Shown here one piece after another: positions 18,683 to 26,206 of a stretch of 64,000 nucleotides of DNA. Each line of letters starts with the position of its first letter. The stretch's first letter is position 1. Position numbers and translations under genes: made by a program. The notes beneath the pieces are model-generated. The model did not search any database. It saw only the letters and a list, made by a program, of their open reading frames with translations, and was not told where the DNA came from. Origin of the DNA: Candidatus Poseidoniaceae archaeon (GTDB lineage Archaea > Thermoplasmatota > Poseidoniia > Poseidoniales > Poseidoniaceae); NCBI GenBank assembly GCA_030747695.1, contig JASLKG010000007.1, positions 2,261 to 66,260 of the forward strand. Direction: 5' to 3'.

Positions 18683-19803
18683 ATTTCCACCTCATAGTGC
18701 CAACGGTCTCTATCGGGATCCCATTCATCCCATGTGGGAATGTTCTCTAACCTCTCATTCATATTTTCAGGAACAATTCCAGGAACAATGAAGGCTTTTT
18801 GACGATTTAATGGATATGGATTGCGCAGTTCAATACCTAGACAACCAAGAATCGATCTTGCAATATACCATGTTGCCTGAGAATTCCAACCATGTGCGAC
18901 CTTTACAACAATTCCCAAACCTTTGGGGTAATCCGAATGCTCAATGGCCATACCTAGTAATCCATCTGCCCCTTCCTTCGCGATAACTTTCCCTTCTCCT
19001 GCCTTGATAATTGTAGAATCGAGTCTATTGAAGCCACCCACAAGGTCGGGATGGAGGCACATTGCTTTCCAAATCCAATCCGAATCCTTGTCACGCACTA
19101 ATCCCGCGTAAATCTGCGCTAATTCCGAAACCGTGTTAGATACAGTTGGCAAACCACAACCATCCTTAGCAATTCGTAAAGGCTTCCATTTTCGTCCAAG
19201 AAATCTTTTTATTTGCCCTAAATATGATTCGAATACTTTGTGTGTGGGTAGTGTATAACCGGCTCTATTCCATCCCTTCTTTTTGCATCCATGTAGTATT
19301 GCGGCATGTTCTCCGCTACATGTGTGATACCAGCGTCTAGGCCTTCTTACTTGGCGCCCAAATTGAACGAGAGGTACATCGAGTGGAGTCAACATTAGTG
19401 GCCACTCTGCTTCAGATAATAGGGACTGAGCAGTCGTAACATGCTCAGTGTCACCATTATGTGATGCTACAGAAATTGCCTTTTGTTCCCAAGTACATGT
19501 CTCAAGTTCTTCAGTGAATGCTTTTAGCATAAATGGTTTCATCATGGATCTTCCATAGCAGAGCACATTGCCACCGAATGAATGTATCACTTCATCCCCG
19601 TGTGCCCAAGCGACTGCACCATGGATGGTTGTTTCACTGACTCCGTTTCTTCGATAATCTACTAGAGGCTCCCATTCTACATCTCTTCCAGTGGGAATTC
19701 CATCAACATCTTCTCCCAGTGGAGATTCAGGATAAACACCTGAACCCGGTTTACCTGGTGAAACAGCAGAGTTGGCATCATGGCGTAAAGACATACTAAT
19801 CAC
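18679..19803 (-). CDS. Asparaginase_II (PF06089-like) family protein
   Basis: Motifs RSMMKPFMLKAF, VASHNGDTEHV, HTCSGEHAAIL and DGCGLPT match my recollection of the L-asparaginase II (Rhizobium-type) family. The start is GTG 19803 or ATG 19794; the latter lies 1 nt after the upstream stop. Confidence 0.6.
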   Translation of the reverse strand: MISMSLRHDANSAVSPGKPGSGVYPESPLGEDVDGIPTGRDVEWEPLVDYRRNGVSETTIHGAVAWAHGDEVIHSFGGNVLCYGRSMMKPFMLKAFTEELETCTWEQKAISVASHNGDTEHVTTAQSLLSEAEWPLMLTPLDVPLVQFGRQVRRPRRWYHTCSGEHAAILHGCKKKGWNRAGYTLPTHKVFESYLGQIKRFLGRKWKPLRIAKDGCGLPTVSNTVSELAQIYAGLVRDKDSDWIWKAMCLHPDLVGGFNRLDSTIIKAGEGKVIAKEGADGLLGMAIEHSDYPKGLGIVVKVAHGWNSQATWYIARSILGCLGIELRNPYPLNRQKAFIVPGIVPENMNERLENIPTWDEWDPDRDRWHYEVEI

Positions 19804-21010
19804 TCACTAAAGGGACCACATGCTTCCACCAAGCTTCCATATTTCTAATTACACGTTCTGAATCATGGTTGAAAAAATCGAACCAACACATTAGGCGGTC
19901 ATCTGGATGAAAGCGTTCTTTTACTTGATATGCAATTTCTTCTGGGTTACCAATCAAAGCATTTTTTGCAGCCCGTTCAACTTTGGAGGGGTCAATTGTG
20001 CCTTCAAGAGCATTCCAATATTCGCCTAATGCCAAATTCGCTTCATTTTTAGCTGCTTTAGATTGTTCTTCAGGAGTTAAACCCTCCTCTGCATTTAGAA
20101 AAACAAAAGTTGTCCTAGGCATGTCTCTTCGCTTCCAATCTCCTCCATTAGGATGATATGCTTCTTGCATTCTCTGATGAGTCGCATTAATAATTTCAGG
20201 TGAGGTTATAGACAAGTTAAACACTTTGACTGGCATAAATTGGTTCACAAATTTCTGCGCATTAGGATCATGAGTGCCAGCGATTAATTCTAAACGGTCA
20301 CGGTTCCACTTTTTTGGTACAATAGAGATTTCTTCGAAATTATATCTATTTGGTATTGTTATGCTTTCTACTTCGCTACCTTGAACCTTCAATACATTCT
20401 TCCAGTCTTCATCAGAACGGAAAATCTCACGTGTCAGCACCGTTTTCTTGATGTCATTTGTACAAATTGTATCTCCTCTTAGTAATCGCAAGAAAATTTC
20501 ACTTGCTTCCATGAAAATTTGTCCACGTAATGCAGGCCATGCCACTTCTTCGACTTCATTCCTAGGAGTAATTGAATAAGGCCGTGCCATGAATTCAAAC
20601 CTTCCTGCACTAAACCCTACGTGCAATTTTCTAACAGGATCAATAAATGACAAAAATTGAACAGTATTTGCGATTCGTTCTGCTTGTGCGATTGGACCTC
20701 CACTGGCTAGGATGCTCACAACAGCAGATCCGATTTCGATGTTTTCTGTTCTTCTAAAACTCTCTAAAGCTAACTGGGGGAAATCTGTACACAATCCGAC
20801 TTCTCCTTTCCAATGTGGAACTACAGGTTTTGAATTCGATTGTTGTGTTACAGTTGAAAGGTGAGCTTGAGCTAACCATGCAACACCAAAACCCAACTGG
20901 TCTGCAGATTCTAATTGAGAGAAATAATTGGAGAACATCTCCTCTTCAGTTGGTGTAAAACCATTGTGGTCAGGAGTCTGACTTATCGAGAAGAATATGT
21001 CGTATTCCAT
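19796..21010 (-). CDS. Luciferase-like monooxygenase (LLM) family flavin-dependent oxidoreductase
   Basis: ADQLGFGVAWLAQAHL, IEIGSAVVSILASGGPIAQAERIANTVQFLS, LHVGFSAGRFEF, LIGNPEEIAYQVKERF and a C-terminal ..HVVPLV fit the LLM TIM-barrel pattern. Confidence 0.6.
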   Translation of the reverse strand: MEYDIFFSISQTPDHNGFTPTEEEMFSNYFSQLESADQLGFGVAWLAQAHLSTVTQQSNSKPVVPHWKGEVGLCTDFPQLALESFRRTENIEIGSAVVSILASGGPIAQAERIANTVQFLSFIDPVRKLHVGFSAGRFEFMARPYSITPRNEVEEVAWPALRGQIFMEASEIFLRLLRGDTICTNDIKKTVLTREIFRSDEDWKNVLKVQGSEVESITIPNRYNFEEISIVPKKWNRDRLELIAGTHDPNAQKFVNQFMPVKVFNLSITSPEIINATHQRMQEAYHPNGGDWKRRDMPRTTFVFLNAEEGLTPEEQSKAAKNEANLALGEYWNALEGTIDPSKVERAAKNALIGNPEEIAYQVKERFHPDDRLMCWFDFFNHDSERVIRNMEAWWKHVVPLVSD

Positions 21011-21013
21011 GTC

Positions 21014-21034
21014 CCCTCTCCCATAGGGAGAGGG
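21014..21034 (-). promoter_or_regulatory. Perfect 9-bp GC-rich hairpin 3 nt upstream of the LLM gene start
   Basis: CCCTCTCCC-ATA-GGGAGAGGG. On the coding strand the 3' arm GGGAGAGGG is SD-like and ends 3 nt before ATG 21010. Confidence 0.45.
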
Positions 21035-21056
21035 TTTAGGGTCATGAACATCACTA

Positions 21057-21851
21057 CTAATCAGTTAATTTTGAAATACGCTCTCTAACTGCAACCGGTA
21101 CCATAGCACCTTCATCCATAAACGCAGTCATCACTTCACTCAATTGTACCATCGCTTCATCTGGCTGTTCACTAATTTCAGCCAGATCTGCAAGACCCCA
21201 ACGTGCTACCAATATTCCTGAAAGCTCTTTCAACTGAATAGCAATTTCTAATGATTCAATGAGAAGGGCTTGTGATTGTTCCAATTCACCAACAGTTGTA
21301 TGACAATGCGCAAGGTCGGCCAAAGCCTCCATTCTTTCAAATAATTCAGTTTCAGGTATAATTTCCAACCTTTTACGTAAATGCATTTGAGCAACATCAT
21401 ATTCGTGATTTTCTTTTGCAATATGAGCAATCAATGCATGCCCGTAAATCATTCCTTCAAGGTCATTTGCTTCTTCACGGAGCCTCATTGATCTATTAGC
21501 AAAAATTTCAGCATCATCTGAGCCAAGTGAGGTCAGAGAAATGTGGTGAAAAATCCCAGCAGCCAATCCCTGCAATCCGTCTTTCTCTGCCGCAACTCCT
21601 AGTCCAATCATTTCATCTTTAGTTGAGCCATTGTGCTTCATTAATTCAAACTGACACCAACCTTGATCCTCTTCCGTATTTGCAACTTTTGCAGCGTGGT
21701 CAAGTAGTCTTATGACTAGAGCATCACGCCCTAATTCTTTAGCAAGCACGACTAAATGTAGTGCAAGACTTGTATTGATTTTCTCTAAATCTTCACCTTC
21801 AGCAAACATTTCGAGAAATTCTTCGGCTTGTTGCAGATTCATTTCGGCCAA
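21057..21851 (-). CDS. Hypothetical all-helical (TPR-like) protein
   Basis: An ORF with helical-repeat-like composition and no catalytic motif that I recognise. It has a TTG start with GAGGTG 8 nt upstream; an alternative ATG lies at 21842. Confidence 0.45.
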   Translation of the reverse strand: MAEMNLQQAEEFLEMFAEGEDLEKINTSLALHLVVLAKELGRDALVIRLLDHAAKVANTEEDQGWCQFELMKHNGSTKDEMIGLGVAAEKDGLQGLAAGIFHHISLTSLGSDDAEIFANRSMRLREEANDLEGMIYGHALIAHIAKENHEYDVAQMHLRKRLEIIPETELFERMEALADLAHCHTTVGELEQSQALLIESLEIAIQLKELSGILVARWGLADLAEISEQPDEAMVQLSEVMTAFMDEGAMVPVAVRERISKLTD

Positions 21852-21860
21852 AAGAACACC

Positions 21861-22646
21861 TCACACGGAACGCAATCTGCCGCCGTCAACTGCCAAGGAT
21901 ACTCCTCTGATGCTCCCTGAAATTGGAAGGCAAAGATATGTGATTGCAGCCCCTGTTTCCAACGGATCAATCAGTCTACCAATTGGCACTTGTGAGAGCC
22001 AGTTAGAATGTATGTCATTGATGCCTTTTCCAGTTCTCTCGCTAATGGAATTTGCAAGTGATTCTAGCCTGTCTGTATCTGTGAATCCTGGTAATACATT
22101 GTTAATTGTAATACAGGAAGGTAATTCATTTGACAAAGACTTTGACCAAGACGCCATGGCTCCCCTTATTGTGTTAGAGAGACCAATATTTGGAATAGGT
22201 TCCTTCACAGAAGTAGAAATGATATTGATTATTCTTCCATACCCTTCCTTTTCCATTAACGGAACTAGTGCTTTCACTAAACTATGTGAGGCATGCAAAT
22301 GTCTTTTGAAGGGCCCTTCAAAATCATCCATGGTATTTTCCAGTAAAGGACCTCCAGGAGGGCCTCCCGAATTGTTAACAAGTATGTGACATTTTTCAAT
22401 TGAAGAAATGAAATTGTCAATTGCTTTCTGATCTTCAAGATTTACGCTAAATGCTTGGTGGCCACTGCCATGCAATGTGGGAATAATGGCCTCAGGATTC
22501 CTACTTACAGCAGTTATTTTTGCACCAGCAAGTGCCAACATTTGGCATGTCGCAGCGCCGATTCCTTTTGAGGCACCACATACAATTGCATGTTTGCCAG
22601 TAAGTGAATTCGGAGAAAAAGGATAGTCTACTCCTAACCAGTCCAT
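21861..22646 (-). CDS. Short-chain dehydrogenase/reductase (classical SDR, FabG-like)
   Basis: GKHAIVCGASKGIGAAT (TGxxxGIG-type Rossmann motif), NNSGGPPGG (NNAG-like), and RIINIISTS followed by a downstream active-site region. Confidence 0.8.
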   Translation of the reverse strand: MDWLGVDYPFSPNSLTGKHAIVCGASKGIGAATCQMLALAGAKITAVSRNPEAIIPTLHGSGHQAFSVNLEDQKAIDNFISSIEKCHILVNNSGGPPGGPLLENTMDDFEGPFKRHLHASHSLVKALVPLMEKEGYGRIINIISTSVKEPIPNIGLSNTIRGAMASWSKSLSNELPSCITINNVLPGFTDTDRLESLANSISERTGKGINDIHSNWLSQVPIGRLIDPLETGAAITYLCLPISGSIRGVSLAVDGGRLRSV

Positions 22647-22684
22647 GTATAGGCGAGGGGTTAGCCCCCTTCAACCTTCACTCC

Positions 22685-23422
22685 TCAATCAACATAATGC
22701 GCATATGTTTGTTCTAATAATTTTTGATAAACGACTTGCAATATTTCTTCAGGTGCATTACGGAAAGTGGGATGTTCACTTTCACCCTGTGGTCTACGCA
22801 TAGAATCCCATTCGTCATTTTCATATGCCATTAGAGCTTCTTTCATTAGAACTCCTGCTAATACCAGTGTTTCATAGCATAGATCTTCATATGTCATGCC
22901 ACGTTTAACAGGAACTTCTCTTCTTAGTAGCAACATACCGGTGTCTATTCCATTGTCACAGAAGTGAGTTGAAGATCCAATTGGTATGTCATGATAGACA
23001 CTCCATGCAGGTGATGCAGAACCTCGGCATTCAGGCAATAAACCAGGGTGGCTATTTATGACACCATCTTTTGGATAATCTAAAATCTCTCCCCGGATTA
23101 TTCTAGTTCCGCCAAATACTACTAAGTCTAACTTTAATTCAGCAAGGTAGGGCATTACTTCAGTTGAATTGTGAATCTCCACTTCAACATGTGGAACCTT
23201 TATCCCCTTTTCATTTAATGAATGCAATTGGTCTTCAATGCTAGGGGCAACATCCTTCCCCTCAATTCGTTTAAGGAATTTTTCACGTTCTTCATCAGCA
23301 ATACCCGAATCTTCTGAAACTATGATGCTAGGTACGAATTCTTCTGACAACATTTGTCTAAGCATTTCACGGCCATAGGGATGTTCCTTTAGTAGTAAAA
23401 ATGCAAATTTTGGTTTAGGCAT
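22685..23422 (-). CDS. Formyltransferase-family protein (Fmt/PurN/sugar N-formyltransferase fold)
   Basis: DLVVFGGTRIIRGEILDYPKDGVINSHPGLLPECRGSASPAWSV..IDTGMLL corresponds to the N-H-D catalytic triad region and the SLLPxxRG motif of formyl-THF-dependent transferases. Confidence 0.65.
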   Translation of the reverse strand: MPKPKFAFLLLKEHPYGREMLRQMLSEEFVPSIIVSEDSGIADEEREKFLKRIEGKDVAPSIEDQLHSLNEKGIKVPHVEVEIHNSTEVMPYLAELKLDLVVFGGTRIIRGEILDYPKDGVINSHPGLLPECRGSASPAWSVYHDIPIGSSTHFCDNGIDTGMLLLRREVPVKRGMTYEDLCYETLVLAGVLMKEALMAYENDEWDSMRRPQGESEHPTFRNAPEEILQVVYQKLLEQTYAHYVD

Positions 23423-23432
23423 TAAACCACCA

Positions 23433-24917
23433 TCATGGAGTCACTCTTTGGCGATCACGGGGGAAGAGTACAGTTTCTCTTACATTTCTAGAACCTGTCA
23501 AAACCATCAACAACCGAGCAACTCCGAGACCCCAGCCGGCATGAGGGGGTGCTCCATAACGAAAACCATCTGTATAGAAGCCAAATCCAGATGGATCTAG
23601 TCCCTTATTTCGTAGATTTTGTTCAAGAATTTCAACATCATGCTCACGCTGCCCTCCACTAGTCATTTCATCACGGCCATAGTTCAAATCAAATCCCCTA
23701 CTTAATTGTTCACCAGTTGCACCATTTTCTCCCTCAATATGGTGTATGTAGAATGGTTTCATTTCCATCGGCCATCGCGGAATAAAGTGGAATCCAGGAT
23801 ATTTTTCTGCTATAATGTCACAATGCGATGACTCAATATCAGCACCCCATTCAATACTTTCTCCAGAATCTTGGATCATTTTTATTGCATCACAATATGA
23901 AATACGAGGGAATGGTAAACTAGGCACATCCACAGTAATCGGGTCATCACCCTGGGTTTCACGATATTTGTTCACAATTTCTATTTGGTCCATGTCATTA
24001 TCAGCAACAGATTGCCAAATATGATTAATCATTCTTTCTTGTACACCCATTACGTCATCGTCATTCATCCATGCTGCTTCTATATCGAAGGAAATAAATT
24101 CATTTAGATGCCTGTAAGTGTCATGTTTTTCAGCTCTGAAAGCAGGCCCAATTTCGAATACCCTTTCCATTCCACCTAATACTGTTAATTGCTTGTATAA
24201 TTGTGGACTTTGACTAAGAAATGCTGGAGTGTCAAAATACATCATGGGGAAGAGATTTGTTCCTCCCTCAGACGCCGAAGCAATAATTTTCGGTGAATTG
24301 ATCTCTTTGAATCCTTCAGAAATCAAGTATTCTCTTCCATATTGTAGAACACGCGCACGTAGCGTGAACATGGCCCCAACATGTGCTCTACGTAAGTCGA
24401 GAAATCTGTTGTCTAGGCGTGTATCTAGTCCGATTGAAACAGTATCAGTGACACCAAGAGGCAGTGGAGTTGCGGCTTCTGTAAGAACCGTGAATGATTT
24501 CGCAACCACTTCGTAAGTAGGGGGTGGCACAGGTTCTCCTTCTGCAACTTTTGGAGGGCGTTTTTGTGCAACATCACCCACTACCTGAACAGTAGATTCC
24601 CGTGAAAGATTTTGGGCACATTCCAACTCTGGATCAGATACAAGACCTTCTTTGAGGAAGACTTGTAAGCGACCAGTGCCATCTCTCAAGTCCATGAAAC
24701 AGATTTTCCCCTTTCCACGGTTAGCTTCCATGAAACCACAAATTGTAACTTGACTCCCAACTAGGTCTGAGCCACCGTCTTGTATTTGCCCCAATGTATG
24801 ACTTCTGAATGAGGTGGGGTGCCATACTGTCTCCTTCGCCATGTTTGGGGGGAGTACTCTTTGAACATCAAGGCATCGCATGTTGTAAACATAGTCTTGA
24901 TAGAATACCTGTGACAC
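23433..24917 (-). CDS. aspS: Aspartyl-tRNA synthetase, archaeal/eukaryotic type
   Basis: Class II motifs are present: FRAEKHDTYRHLNEFISFDIE, SGGQREHD and GAPPHAGWGLGVARLLM..FPRDRQRVTP. The track start is GTG 24917. By comparison with archaeal AspRS N-termini, ATG 24842 (MAKETVWHPTSFRSHTLGQI) is more likely. Confidence 0.9.
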   Translation of the reverse strand: MSQVFYQDYVYNMRCLDVQRVLPPNMAKETVWHPTSFRSHTLGQIQDGGSDLVGSQVTICGFMEANRGKGKICFMDLRDGTGRLQVFLKEGLVSDPELECAQNLSRESTVQVVGDVAQKRPPKVAEGEPVPPPTYEVVAKSFTVLTEAATPLPLGVTDTVSIGLDTRLDNRFLDLRRAHVGAMFTLRARVLQYGREYLISEGFKEINSPKIIASASEGGTNLFPMMYFDTPAFLSQSPQLYKQLTVLGGMERVFEIGPAFRAEKHDTYRHLNEFISFDIEAAWMNDDDVMGVQERMINHIWQSVADNDMDQIEIVNKYRETQGDDPITVDVPSLPFPRISYCDAIKMIQDSGESIEWGADIESSHCDIIAEKYPGFHFIPRWPMEMKPFYIHHIEGENGATGEQLSRGFDLNYGRDEMTSGGQREHDVEILEQNLRNKGLDPSGFGFYTDGFRYGAPPHAGWGLGVARLLMVLTGSRNVRETVLFPRDRQRVTP

Positions 24918-24926
24918 GAACCCACT

Positions 24927-26156
24927 ATGCCAAGGGACTTATTCACGTCTGAAAGTGTCTCTTCGGGCCATCCTGACAAACTATGTGATGCTATTAGCGA
25001 TGCGATTGTTGATGCTTGTTTAGCAATCGACAAAAACGCCCGTGTCGCAGTCGAAACTAGTGTAAAAGGAGGAGACAAAAAGGGACTAATTTTGTTAGCA
25101 GGAGAGGTGACTCTTTCTGGAAAACAACCGGATTACGAATCTATCGCAAGAGATACAGGGGCTGCAATTGGGTATGATTCACATGCTATAGGTTTGGATA
25201 CAACCTCTCCTGAACGTTGTGATGTTGTGATGAAAATTACATCTCAATCATCAAATATTTCTCAAGGAATAAATCACCCGGAACAGGGAGCAGGAGATCA
25301 AGGTTTGATGTTTGGATATGCTTGTTTGGAAACGGAATATTTTGAAACTCTCAAAGGGCGGTATTTCCCATTGGCAGCATCATTGAGTCAACGTTTAACG
25401 AGAAGAATGGCTGCATGTAGGGAAAATGGAATATTACCATGGTCTCGGCCAGATTCTAAGAGCCAAGTCACAGTAGAATATGATTCAGATGGAAAACCCT
25501 CACGAGTCGATACTATCGTTATTGCAATTCAACACGATGATGATTTGAAGAATCAATTTGAAAGTGAAGAAGACGAAAGAGAATATGTTACTTCTCAAGT
25601 TAGAGAACATGTAGTGGAGGACGCAATACCTTCAGAGTTATTGTCTTCTGGATATAGATTAATAGTAAATGGGACAGGTAGATTTGCCGATCCAGGTGGA
25701 CCATATGCTGATGCAGGCCTTACTGGGAGAAAAATCATTGTAGATACTTATGGGGGCATGGGCCGTCATGGTGGAGGTGCCTTTTCAGGTAAAGACCCAT
25801 CCAAGGTAGATCGTTCTGCAGCTTATGCTGCAAGATGGGCTGCAAAACACGTAGTAGCAGCAGGTTTGGCAGAAAAATGTGAAATACAGCTGGCTTACGT
25901 AATTGGTGTTGCAGAACCAGTTAGCATTAGAGTAGACACATATGGTACAAACACTCTCCAAAATAGCGAAATTACCGAGCGAGTAAATTCTCAATTTGAT
26001 TTCAGGCCAAAATCCATTGCAAAAAGTTTGGATTTATTGCGTCCAATATATTATTCTACATCATCCGGTGGCCATTTTGGAAGAACTCCAGGAGTAGATG
26101 GTGAATTCCCTTGGGAAGTTATAGATGAAGAAATAATCTCAGCATTAAAGAAGTAA
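24927..26156 (+). CDS. metK: S-adenosylmethionine synthetase, bacterial/eukaryal MetK type
   Basis: FTSESVSSGHPDKLCDAISDAIVDA, GAGDQGLMFGYA, GRFADPGGPYADAGLTGRKIIVDTYGG, GGGAFSGKDPSKVDRSAAYAARW. Confidence 0.92.
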   Translation: MPRDLFTSESVSSGHPDKLCDAISDAIVDACLAIDKNARVAVETSVKGGDKKGLILLAGEVTLSGKQPDYESIARDTGAAIGYDSHAIGLDTTSPERCDVVMKITSQSSNISQGINHPEQGAGDQGLMFGYACLETEYFETLKGRYFPLAASLSQRLTRRMAACRENGILPWSRPDSKSQVTVEYDSDGKPSRVDTIVIAIQHDDDLKNQFESEEDEREYVTSQVREHVVEDAIPSELLSSGYRLIVNGTGRFADPGGPYADAGLTGRKIIVDTYGGMGRHGGGAFSGKDPSKVDRSAAYAARWAAKHVVAAGLAEKCEIQLAYVIGVAEPVSIRVDTYGTNTLQNSEITERVNSQFDFRPKSIAKSLDLLRPIYYSTSSGGHFGRTPGVDGEFPWEVIDEEIISALKK

Positions 26157-26160
26157 TTCC

Positions 26161-26179
26161 ATCGGCCCCTAGGGCCGAT
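26161..26179 (+). promoter_or_regulatory. Perfect 8-bp GC-rich hairpin between the metK stop and the next gene start
   Basis: ATCGGCCC-CTA-GGGCCGAT. It lies 4 nt after the metK stop and 27 nt before ATG 26207. Confidence 0.45.
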
Positions 26180-26206
26180 TGGCTGAAATGGTGTAATATA
26201 CTCCGA

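Noticed and set aside
21712-22389. 225-aa plus-strand ORF
   Set aside because: It is antisense to the SDR and TPR-like genes. The SDR frame carries the Rossmann and NNAG-like motifs, while this frame is Ser/Pro-rich with no motifs.
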